Shown here piece after piece: positions 17,385 to 27,681 of a stretch of DNA of 28,563 bases; position 1 is the first letter of the stretch; the number at the start of each line of letters is the position of its first letter. A program made the translations under genes and the position numbers. The notes beneath the pieces were generated by a model. The model ran no database searches. It saw only the letters and a program-made list of their open reading frames with translations, and was not told the origin of the DNA. The stretch is from positions 1 through 28,563 of the forward strand of contig NW_021827511.1 of NCBI RefSeq assembly GCF_006345805.1, written 5' to 3'. Origin of the DNA: Octopus sinensis. Lineage: Eukaryota.

Positions 17385-17428
17385 CCTGAATACATCTATC
17401 TATGTATCTATCTGCATTAATGCACCCT

Positions 17429-17470
<42 letters not shown>

Positions 17471-17576
17471 GCATACATATGCATACACGTACACATACAC
17501 ACATCCCTCACATGTAGATGTATTTACATATTCATACATACATACATAATGCATAATCTATCTATCTATCTGTCTG

Positions 17577-17652
<76 letters not shown>

Positions 17653-17669
17653 TATCTATATGTATATAA

Positions 17670-17753
<84 letters not shown>

Positions 17754-17905
17754 ATATACATTGATAGATAAATAGATAGATACATACATACATAAATAAA
17801 TACATACATACGTGCATAAATACATATATACATACATAAATACATACATGCATACATACATACGTACATACATACATACATACATAAATACAGACAGACA
17901 GACAT
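17385..17905. repeat. Compound microsatellite block (CA)n,(TATC)n,(TA)n,(TG)n,(TACA)n,(CAGA)n
   Basis: Directly visible. Confidence 0.95.
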
Positions 17906-18104
17906 CAGGCATACTACTGAAATATTTTAAAGAAAAACCATTATTAGCTTTTCAACAATAAGCCCCTTGTATTTATGTGTGTGTGTGTGTATACGCAACA
18001 GCATACTTTCTTGTCTGTATAATATCTCCGTATATTTATTTATTACGACTGTAATGCGTTCCTTCCTTTCACAGTATTTGTTACCCAGGTGGAGATTAAA
18101 GAAT

Positions 18105-18110
18105 ACATAG

Positions 18111-18187
<77 letters not shown>

Positions 18188-18253
18188 TATTATTATTATC
18201 ATCATCATCATCATCATCATCATTCTCATTATTATTATTATTATTATTATTAG

Positions 18254-18286
<33 letters not shown>

Positions 18287-18326
18287 TATTATTATCATTA
18301 TTATCATCATCATCATCATCATTCTC

Positions 18327-18358
<32 letters not shown>

Positions 18359-18393
18359 CATCATCATCATCATCATCATCATTATTATTATTA

Positions 18394-18444
<51 letters not shown>

Positions 18445-18512
18445 GCATCATTATTATTATCATTATTATTATTATTATTGTTGTTGTTGTTGTTGTTACT
18501 ATTATTATTATA

Positions 18513-18558
<46 letters not shown>

Positions 18559-18570
18559 TATTATATTATT

Positions 18571-18601
<31 letters not shown>

Positions 18602-18622
18602 GTAGTAGTAGTAGTAGTAGCA
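18105..18622. repeat. Large compound trinucleotide array (TAA)n/(TTA)n/(TCA)n/(TTG)n/(TAG)n
   Basis: Directly visible; source of the poly-Ile/Met ORF 17927-18463. Confidence 0.95.
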
Positions 18623-18904
18623 GAAGAAGTAAAGTGGCGAAAGAGGCGAAGAAGTGCAAGAAGGAGCGTTACAATGATTCCGAAGGGTTTCGTACATCCC
18701 CGCCCATCTCCGGTCTGTCGTCTGCTCGTTGTTATATGTTCGTTGTTATTCCTCACTAAACTAAAACCAGATGCCATTGTGGTTCCTTACCAGAACAAAC
18801 ACATGGATTCCAGAATATTTTTTTTTCTCCCTATTTTCCTTTTCTGGGAAATTTTCTTTGTATTTAACATCGTCTACTTTCTACATGGTTTTTAACGCTA
18901 ATGG

Positions 18905-18938
18905 CGTCTGTGTGTGTTTGTGTGTGTATATATATGTG

Positions 18939-19016
<78 letters not shown>

Positions 19017-19255
19017 TGTATATGTGTATGTACACACACATACATGTATGAATGTATGTTTATATGCAAGACTGAATATGTATTATTTTTACTTATGTAC
19101 ATGATGGATATATGGATATATGCATGCATATACATACATACATACATACATACATACATACATACATACATACATACATACATACATACAACATACATAC
19201 ATACATATGTATGTATGTATTGTATGTATGTATATATATATATATACATACATAC

Positions 19256-19286
<31 letters not shown>

Positions 19287-19306
19287 TGTATTGTATGTAT
19301 GTATAT

Positions 19307-19398
<92 letters not shown>

Positions 19399-19536
19399 TG
19401 TATATGTGTATGTACACACACATACATGTATGAATGTATGTTTATATGCAAGACTGAATATGTATTATTTTTACTTATGTACATGATGGATATATGGATA
19501 TATGCATGCATATACATACATACATACATACATACA

Positions 19537-19567
<31 letters not shown>

Positions 19568-19572
19568 GTATG

Positions 19573-19620
<48 letters not shown>

Positions 19621-19625
19621 CATAC

Positions 19626-19656
<31 letters not shown>

Positions 19657-19677
19657 GTATGTATGTATGTATGTATG

Positions 19678-19719
<42 letters not shown>

Positions 19720-19862
19720 ATAATATATATATATATACATACATACATACATGTGCGTATGCACTTGTGTACGTACATATTTTACACGCGCACACACACA
19801 TACACACACACAAACACAAACACACACACACACACACACACCACACACACACACACTTACAC
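18905..19862. repeat. Microsatellite block containing a 382-bp-period tandem duplication
   Basis: Core cacacacacacatgtatatgtg...gcaagactgaatatgtattatttttacttatgtacatgatggatatatggatatatgcatgc starts at 19005 and again at 19387. Confidence 0.92.
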
Positions 19863-20068
19863 ACCGCCTCTCACCGTAACAGGGATCGTTTTTTTTAGAA
19901 ATTTCAGATTGCTAAAATCGTAAAACAATCTTCTTTGTCTCAAAGACAATTATTATATATTCCTCGTTCTTCCATTTTACCATTCCTATATTCCTCTCAT
20001 CTTTTGTTTTCTATGGGAAATGTTTTCTTTGCAACTGTAGAGTGGATGAAAACCCAAACACTATTAGC

Positions 20069-20070
<2 letters not shown>

Positions 20071-20138
<68 letters not shown>
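20071..20138. repeat. (TTA)n microsatellite
   Basis: Directly visible; gives the poly-Tyr ORF. Confidence 0.95.
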
Positions 20139-20139
<1 letters not shown>

Positions 20140-20449
20140 AGTGGATGGCTGAAAGTTTGAAGAAGATATATAGAAGGGATGGCAGGAAATTAAAAAGACA
20201 TGTTTTCTGTAGAAATGAAGAAACAGACGGCGATGATGTATTGATGCCGTCTATAAGAATTGTTTTTACAGACGACAAAGGTTTATTCTGTAGTGTTTGC
20301 TAAAGAATAGTAAATATTCTGGTAAGCTGTTGGAATCGTCGTCGCTGTGATTATCACAAGAATGGCAGCAACAGAGAGAACAGCATGATAGAAACTGTGG
20401 GATCTCAGAGCAGGGTTTCTGCGACCCTCTCGATTAGTTAGAACAAGAA

Positions 20450-20654
20450 AGGCGGCGAACTGGCAGAAACGTTAGCACGCCGGGCGAAATGCATAGCCTT
20501 ATTTCGTCTGCTGTTACGTTCTGGGTTCAAATTCCGCCGAGGTCGATAAATTAAGTACCAGTTACGAACTGGGGTCGATGTAATCGACTTAATCCCTTTG
20601 TCTGTCCTTGTTTGTCCCCTCTGTGTTTAGCCCCTTGTGGATAATAAAGAAACA
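20450..20654 (+). mobile_element. SINE family B (tail i) with 18-bp TSD and 27-bp internal deletion
   Basis: Head aggcggcgaactggcagaaacgttagcacgccgggcg, B-box ggttcaaattcc; TSD gattagttagaacaagaa at 20432-20449 and 20655-20672. Confidence 0.92.
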
Positions 20655-20877
20655 GATTAGTTAGAACAAGAAGTTTCTATGTGGATGTTTGGCCCACAAG
20701 AAATAGTAGAGAAATCTCTCTCAGGTCACACTTTTCCGTTTTGAAGGAAGGGCAATGTAGTTATAGACATTATATATCCGATAAATGACGGGATGGTCCA
20801 GGATGGTTCGATTTTGGTCAAAGATCCGGTAGATCAAATTTGACCTGGTGTTAAATAACAATAGCTATCTCTATTTA

Positions 20878-21555
20878 ATAATCCTTTCCATTATAGGCAC
20901 GAGGCCTGAAATTTTGTGGGAGGAACTAGTCAATAACATTCAACTGATACTTAATTTGTCCACCACGAAAGAATGAAAGGCAAAGTCGACCTCAACGGAA
21001 TTTGAACCCAGAACTTAAAAATGGGCGAAATGCATTTTGTCCGGCGTGCTAACGATTCTGCCAGCTCGCAGCTTTATCTCTATTCAATAATGCTTTTTAC
21101 TATAAACACAAGGCCTGAAATTTGGAGGGAGGGGATGAGTCAATTACATCGAACCTAGTACTCCACGGGTACTTAATTTATCGGCCCCGAAAGGATGAAA
21201 GGCAAAGTCGACCTCGGCGGAATTTGAACTCAGAACATAACGGCAGACGAAATACCTATTTCTTTACTACCCACAAGGGGCTAAACACAGAGGGGACAAA
21301 CAAGGATAGTCAAACGGATTAAGTCGATTATATCGACCCCAGTGCGTAACTGGTACTTAATTTATCGACCCCGAAAGGATGAAAGGCAAAGTCGACCTCG
21401 GCGGAATTTGAACTCAGAACGTAACAGCAGACGAAATACCTATTTCTATTTCTTTACTACCCACTAGGGGCTAAACACAGAGAAGACAAACAAGGACAGA
21501 CAAACGGATTAAGTCGATTATATCGACCCCAGTGCGTAACTGGTACTTATTTAAT
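20878..21555 (-). mobile_element. Head-to-tail cluster of four SINE family B units
   Basis: Tails ii, ii, i, i; junction gacgaaatacc|tatttc at ~21257 and ~21437; fused at ~21556 to a family A copy. Confidence 0.9.
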
Positions 21556-21740
21556 CGGCCATGTTTGAGCACCGCCTTTATCGAGCAAATCGACCCCAGG
21601 ACTTATTCTTTGAAAGCCTAGTACTTATTCTATCGGTTCTCTCTTGCCGAACCGCTAAGTTACGGGAACGTAAACACACCAGCATCGGTTGTCAAGCGAT
21701 GTTGGGGGGACAAACACAGACACACAAACACAAACACACA

Positions 21741-21803
<63 letters not shown>

Positions 21804-21998
21804 CATACACACACACACACAAACTCACACACACTCACACACACTCACACACACACACACAAATACATACACACATACGACGGGCTTCTTTCTGTTTCCG
21901 TCTACCAAATCCACTCACAAGGCTTTGGCCGGACAGAGGCTATAGTAGAAGACATTTGCCCAAGATGCCACGCAGTGGGACTGAACCCGGAACCATGT
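21556..21998 (-). mobile_element. SINE family A with expanded internal (CA)n, both ends clipped
   Basis: cggccatgtttgagcaccgcc...aacacaccagcatcggttgtcaagcgat-(CA)n-tacgacgggcttcttt...gggactgaacccggaaccatg. Confidence 0.9.
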
Positions 21999-22315
21999 TT
22001 AAAAATTCGTATTCATTTCATTATTTTGTATATGCATCAAGAAATTTTATAAGAGTTAAATTATAATTATCGTATGTATGCCATATTACCTGATATTACC
22101 ATGGGGCCAAAAGTATATTTCTAAAGATATCCGTCATATGTGCGGTAATATGCTAGTATGTATATAATAAGTTTATAAGCTAGTAAGAAAGGGTGAGAGA
22201 GTGGACATGAGCCGAGCAGGAGGTCAAACAGTCAGACATGTGAGGTTGACTTCCAGTTACCTACTTTTTACTAGCTGGGTCTGGAGGAAAGGGCAGTACC
22301 CTGGTATGAATTTGG

Positions 22316-22643
22316 ACATCCCCTTCGATCATGAATGATTGCACCTAGAAAGTTACCCTCCGAGGTAAAAGTCCGGGCAAGTGTGTTTATGGAAGGCCAG
22401 CAGTCGCCCATGCATACCAGCCTCCCCTCTCACACACCACTGATGTTATCCAAGGAAAAGGCAAAGGCCGATACAACTTGGCACCAGAGACGTCGCAACT
22501 CATTTCTACAGCTGAGTTAACTGGAGCAACGTGAAATAAAGTGTCTTGCTTAAGAGCACAACACGCAGCCCGGTCCGTGAATCGAACTCACAACGTTACG
22601 ATCGTAAGCTCGACGCTCTAACCACTGAGCCATACGCCTTCAC
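22316..22643 (-). mobile_element. SINE family E, full length (tRNA head + CORE-like domain + distinct tail)
   Basis: Minus head gtgaaggcgtatggctcagtggttagagcgtcg...gagttcgattcac (A/B boxes), then gttgtgctcttaagcaagacactttatttcacgttgctccagttaactcagctgtagaaatgag. Confidence 0.88.
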
Positions 22644-22646
22644 AGT

Positions 22647-22848
22647 TATGTATGTATGTAATTATGTATGTATGTATGTATGTATATATGTACGTATGTA
22701 TGTATGTATGTATGTATGTATGTATGTATGTATGTATGTATGTATGTATGTATGCATGTATGTATGTATGTATGTATGTATGTATGTATGTATGTATGTA
22801 TGTATGTATGTATTTATGTATGTATGTATGTATGTACGTATGCATGTA
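22647..22848. repeat. Long (TATG)n / (CATA)n microsatellite
   Basis: Directly visible. Confidence 0.95.
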
Positions 22849-23205
22849 TGTTCTCTTCTGTTTTTAATTATTTAAATTCTTTCTCTGGGGAAGGAGCTAG
22901 TTTCTAACAAAAATATAAGGCCCCATCGTTGGAATGTAGATAACGAAAACTGTCACATTTTAAACGTGAGAAAAGTCTTGCAAATTTTAACTGTTCCACT
23001 TACAGATTGCATTTATATTGTGCGAATTGCTTGGTTGATTTATTTTTCTGAAGACCCTAGCATTATCCAGATTGTCACTTGGGCATTCAGTCACAAAACC
23101 AAGCGAACCAATTATTGGTATAAATGTGAACTTATAGTCTGGATATAGGAGCTGGTGGTTTCGATGCAGTTGTCCATAGTAATCGTCTTTCTGTTTGATT
23201 TCCAA
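22849..23205 (-). mobile_element. RLE-type non-LTR 3' fragment, copy a
   Basis: EIKQKDDYYGQLHRNHQLLYPDYKFTFIPIIGSLGFV...(frameshift) IRTI*MQSVSGTVKICKTFLTFKM*; 3' end aattaaaaacagaagagaa then (CATA)n. Confidence 0.75.
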
Positions 23206-23217
23206 ATGTATGTATGT

Positions 23218-23658
23218 TATTATTCAGTTTTTTTTTCAAGATTTCTTGCCAATAGAAAAAGAACCGGTTTCTAACCTAGATCCAAGGCTCCTTCATTGGA
23301 ATTTCAACATCAACAACAGGGTATTTTTGTATGTATGCATGTATGTATGTATGTATGTATGTATGTATGTATGTATGTATGTATGTGTATGTATGTATGT
23401 ATGTATGTATGTATGTGTGCAGATTTGTATGTTTTGCTTTATGTATGTATTCTCGTGCATTTAGTTGCATATCTAGACATGTTCATATATACTTAAATGA
23501 TAAACTTCTGGAAAAAAGATCTTTACAGATTTTTACAGTTCCAGTGATGGACTGGATCTGTAGTCTACGAATTACTTTTCTCCTTTCTGGTTTTGAGAAG
23601 CTTAATTTCTCAAGATTGATATTTAGGCAGTGTGTTATATATCCCAGTGCCCCAACAA
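23218..23658 (-). mobile_element. RLE-type non-LTR 3' fragment, copy b, with internal (TACA)n in the 3' UTR
   Basis: ILVGALGYITHCLNINLEKLSFSKPERRKVIRRLQIQSITGTVKICK; 3' UTR ...ccctgttgttgatgttgaaattccaatgaagg...ggcaagaaatcttgaaaaaaaactgaataataa then catacatac. Confidence 0.78.
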
Positions 23659-23709
23659 GTATGTATGTATGTATGTATGTATGAATTAATGTTCTCTTTC
23701 TCTTTTTAA

Positions 23710-24104
23710 TCTTTATATATAAAAGTCAAGTTGTGTGTCTGTCTCCTACGATTTAGATTCCTAACTACTCCCACATTTTGCGGTGCAGTTTAACCAAAAC
23801 CGGGTATCTTATAGTCGTGATTCATATCGAGCCCTTCTGGGTATTAGCGCGCGTCTACGATGAGTCTACGATATTTAAAAAAATTTACCATCATTTTTTC
23901 CATTTTTATGCATTTTTTCGCTATTATATAAGGGAAGTAACTCTCTAAAAATGTCTACGATGAGTCAACGATTTAAAAAAAAAATACCATAATTTTTTTC
24001 CATTTTTAATGCATTTTTTTGCTATTTTTTGGCTATAACTCTCTAAAAATGCTCATATAGTTATTTCCCTTACAAACCCGAGCAACGCCGGGCGATACTG
24101 CTAG
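23710..24104 (+). mobile_element. Non-autonomous Helitron-like element
   Basis: 5' a|TCTTTATATATAAAAG; subterminal hairpin CCCG-agcaacgc-CGGG (24077-24092); 3' CTAG|t (24101-24104); inserted between A and T with no TSD; internal ~100-bp tandem duplication starting 23853 and 23953. Confidence 0.8.
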
Positions 24105-24362
24105 TTTAGAATAAATTTTGATCGGTCACCTCCTTGGTAGTAAGGTTGTGAAGGAAGGCATCTCGCTTTGTTCACCATCCTTTAAATCTTAAAAGGTCTT
24201 GCAGAGTTTTATCGTCCCAGATATTGTGATCATTTCTAGGGTATGAATTAAGGATTGCGTTCTTTCCTCAAGATCTCAGGTTCAGCTGTATTTGATCCAG
24301 ACAGGTTGGTACGTATCATATTGCTCTAATAATAATTGACGTGAAGCTGAAAGTGTACTATA
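24105..24362 (-). mobile_element. RLE-type non-LTR 3' fragment, copy c; its 3' terminus (23683-23709) is split off by the Helitron
   Basis: YTFSFTSIIIRAI*YVPTCL...LIHTLEMITISGTIKLCKTF. Removing the Helitron gives a 3' end ...ctaaattaaaaagagaaagagaacattaatt then (CATA)n. Confidence 0.7.
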
Positions 24363-24552
24363 CATACATACAGATTGTACCCCAAAAATGTGGTTACTCT
24401 TCAAATGACAATAAATGCATTGTTTATGAACTTAGAAACAAGACTAATGACTAAATGCATGTTTACAAATGTTGAAACTGACGTCCACCCCTTTCCAAAA
24501 CACAGCCTTGAACGCGGACCAATAGATTCAACAGCGTTACGAATCATTTCAC

Positions 24553-24808
24553 TTGGAACTACGAAACATTGTCCTTCAATTTCCTCTTTCATCGACTGCT
24601 GCTGGTTTTGAGCCATAAACCTTATCAAGATTTCTTGCCAATAGAGAAAGAGCCGGTTTCTAACCTAGATCCAAGGTTCATTGGAACTACGAAACATTGT
24701 CTTTCAATTTCCTCTTTCATCGACTGCTGCTGGTTTTGAGCTATAAACCTTATCAAGATTTCTTGCCAATAGAGAAAGAGCCGGTTTCTAACCTAGATCC
24801 AAGGTACC
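24553..24808. repeat. 128-bp tandem duplication including part of the copy-b-type 3' UTR
   Basis: Units start ttggaactacgaaacattg at 24553 and 24681; cttatcaagatttcttgccaatag at 24621 and 24749; two substitutions seen. Confidence 0.92.
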
Positions 24809-24932
24809 TTCATTGGAATTTCAACATCAACAACAGGGTAGTTTGTTTGTATGTACATATATATGTATGTATGTATTATGTATGTATGTGTGTATGTATG
24901 TGTGTATTATATATGTATGTATTATGTATGTG

Positions 24933-25318
24933 AGGCGCAATGGCCCAGTGGTTAGGGCAGCGGACTCGCGGTCGTAGGATCGCGGTTTCGATTCCCAGAC
25001 CGGGCGTTGTGAGTGTTTATTGAGCGAAAACACCTAAAGCTCCACGAGGATCCGGCAGGGCATGGTGGTGATCCCTGCTGTACTCTTCCACCACAACTTT
25101 CTCTCACTCTTACTTCCTGTTTCTGTTGTACCTGTATTTCAAAGGGCCGGCCTTGTCACTCTCTGTGTCACGCTGAATATCCCCGAGAACTACGTTAAGG
25201 GTACACGTGTCTGTGGAGTGCTCAGCCACTTACACGTTAATTTCACGAGCAGGCTGTTCCATTGGTCGGATCAACCGGAACCCTCATCGTCGTAACCGAC
25301 GGAGTGCTTCCATCCACC
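24933..25318 (+). mobile_element. SINE family D, full length (body type 2)
   Basis: aggcgcaatggcccagtggttagggcagcggactcgcggtcgtaggatcgcggtttcgattcccagaccggg...; flanked by attatgtatgtg at 24921-24932 and 25319-25330 (TSD in microsatellite context). Confidence 0.9.
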
Positions 25319-25391
25319 ATTATGTATGTGTATATGTGTGTATGTATATATGTATGTATGTATATGTATCTATCAATCTATCTAGGTATAT

Positions 25392-25470
25392 TCTTTTATT
25401 CTTTTACTTGTTTCAGTCATTTTCATCTCGTGTATCCTGGAGCACAGACACACACAAACACACACACACG
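25392..25470 (-). mobile_element. Internally deleted remnant of SINE family A
   Basis: cttttattcttttacttgtttcagtcattt...ctggagcac joined directly to agacacacacaaacac. Confidence 0.55.
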
Positions 25471-26691
25471 TATATATATTGAAAGAGAGAGAGGAAGAGA
25501 AGCTGAGAGCGAGAGGGAGAATACTTTGCATATGTATGTTATTGAATTGCCGTTTAACATTTCAAAGCAGATGTGGTTTTATTGGTATTATTAGTCCTAT
25601 TAGCATTTCTCTGCTGTCATTGGTATTTCCTGAACAACAAATACCATTGTTTTACACTAAACCAGTTCACAGTTGACGAAGACAGAAAAACTGTCGAATC
25701 ATGTTATACTATATCGAAGCAAGCCTCAAGTCAACAACATTGAAGCATTAACTATTCCTTTTTATGCTTTTGTTATCTTTTTAGTATTATTTACATACAA
25801 CTTGCACTCTGAGACATCTCCGTCATCATCTGTTAAACAGAGGTCATTACAATTTCAACACCTTCAAAAAGTATTGCTTTCTCCTGAAGTGCCGAGCGTA
25901 ATTGATGTTAACTGGAATGTCTGGGTTCTTTTGATTCACACTGTAGCATGCTTTGAATAATAATCTAACTATAGTTGCTATGTTCCCTCATTTCCGTCAG
26001 ATGATGTAATTGAGAGAGACGGGATGAATGAAGTGAGAAAGAAAATAAAAGGCGAGAAAGTAGGGAAGAAGAAAGGGAGAAAGAATGGCGGAAAAAGACT
26101 GGTTAATAGACGTGAGAATATTCACTTTGAAAGAACAGCCTCAGTTCAGTGGTTACAAATGATGTTACGAAACAGATGCAGTTCGAGTGTCTCGTTTAAA
26201 CAGAGAGATCTCTTAATCATTTTCACTACCACGTTTAAACGAAGATCCCGCAATTCTGTGCCTTTCATGAATTTTTTAACTGAAACATCCCATAAACACT
26301 TTGGCTGTTTTGAACTAAACACTTAAATTGAGAAATTCCTTAGAAACTAGGGTTATTTTGAAGTAATCGTAACTGTTTCTTTTAATAATTTTTGTTGAGT
26401 TAATGTCTTATATCGTATTCTGTATGCGTGCATTATTAACCCTTTATTTTGTTAGAGCAAAGACGATTAAGGTAATTTCAGTTGCAAAAATGACCTAATA
26501 AAATGGGGTTGATAGGGTTTTCTTTACCTTTATCTGGTACACTTAAGTACTGCAAATACTTCAAGATAGTCAAAACATCTCTTAACTGAGAGATCCCGTA
26601 AGCACTTTGGTTGCCTTGAAATAACTTAAACGGAGAGGTGCCTTAAATAATGTGGCTCCTTGAAATTAACTCTTATAACAAAAACATCCCT

Positions 26692-27135
26692 TCATCATCA
26701 TCATTGTTCAACCGTGGTCGAGACAATGGAATTTACTATGCTACGCCAAACTTCACGGTCCATCATAGCATTACTTAAGTCCTGTTTCTGGATGCCTGTA
26801 TACCTGGAGATTACATCAGGGTAGGAGAGTGTGCGCCCTCCGGTATCGCGAGTAGATAGATTCCAGAGGAGAAGAGCAGAAATTACCTCGTTTTCAGCTC
26901 TACAACAGTGTCCAGCAAACTGGACTCTCCTACCTTTCATAAGAGATGATACAGGTGATAGTTCCCCATATATATGCATTTTGGTTGGATGACGCTTCCA
27001 CGAGAGATTTTGAGCTCTCATAAGGAGGCGAGTGTAAATTCTATCCGACCGCCTCTCAAGCTTCTTTGATAACGTCCAGGTTTCTGAGCCATATAGTAGA
27101 ATTGGTTCGACTGTGGCTTTGAAGATTTTATCCCT
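26692..27135 (-). mobile_element. RTE-clade LINE 3' fragment with (TGA)n tail
   Basis: KIFKATVEPILLYGSETWTLSKKLE...YTRLLMRAQNLSWKRH...RRVQFAGHCCRA...AMMDREVWRSIVNSIVSTTVEQ* followed by tgatgatgatga. Confidence 0.88.
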
Positions 27136-27328
27136 TAAAAACTCCGGTCATCATGAAGTACAAATATGAAAGGAACCATCCCTTAAATACCTTGGTTGCT
27201 TTTGAGTACACACTCCAACAAAGTGGTCCCACTGTCGTGTGTTGTGTTGTGGTCGTTCATTGATGTTGCTGGAGAATGAAAATGTCTTTCCAGGGCTGCG
27301 TGAAAAAAAGATTAACAATTCTATTATC

Positions 27329-27681
27329 CTTTTATTCTTTTACTTGTTTCAGTCATTTGACTGTGCCCATGCTGGAGCACCACCTATAGTCGAATAAATC
27401 GACCCCCATGACTTATTCCTTGTAAGCCTAGTACGTATTCTATCGGTCTCTTTTGCCGAACCGCTAAGTGACGGGGACAAACACAGACACAAACAACAAA
27501 CACACACACACACACACACATATACGACGGGCTTCTTTTAGTTTCCGTCTACCAAATCCACTCACAAGGCTTTAATCGGCCCGAGGCTATAGTAGAAAAA
27601 CACGTGTCCAATGTGCCACACAGTGGGACTGAACCCGGAACCATGTGGTTGAGAAGCAAGCTTCTTACCACTCAGCCACTC
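27329..27681 (-). mobile_element. SINE family A, near full length, internal deletion around the microsatellite
   Basis: cttttattcttttacttgtttcagtcatttgactgtgcccatgctggagcacc...ggaaccatgtggttgagaagcaagcttcttaccactcagccact. Confidence 0.9.

Noticed and set aside
24401-24628. 75-aa minus-strand ORF (…NAVESIGPRSRLCFGKGW…)
   Set aside because: No motif I can assign; its start lies within the duplicated retroelement UTR. Left unannotated.
24933-25005. tRNA-like sequences (also at 3735-3808, 4800-4879, 14565-14640, 22570-22643)
   Set aside because: A/B boxes are present, but each continues into a shared SINE body without a proper acceptor-stem closure; these are SINE heads, not tRNA genes.
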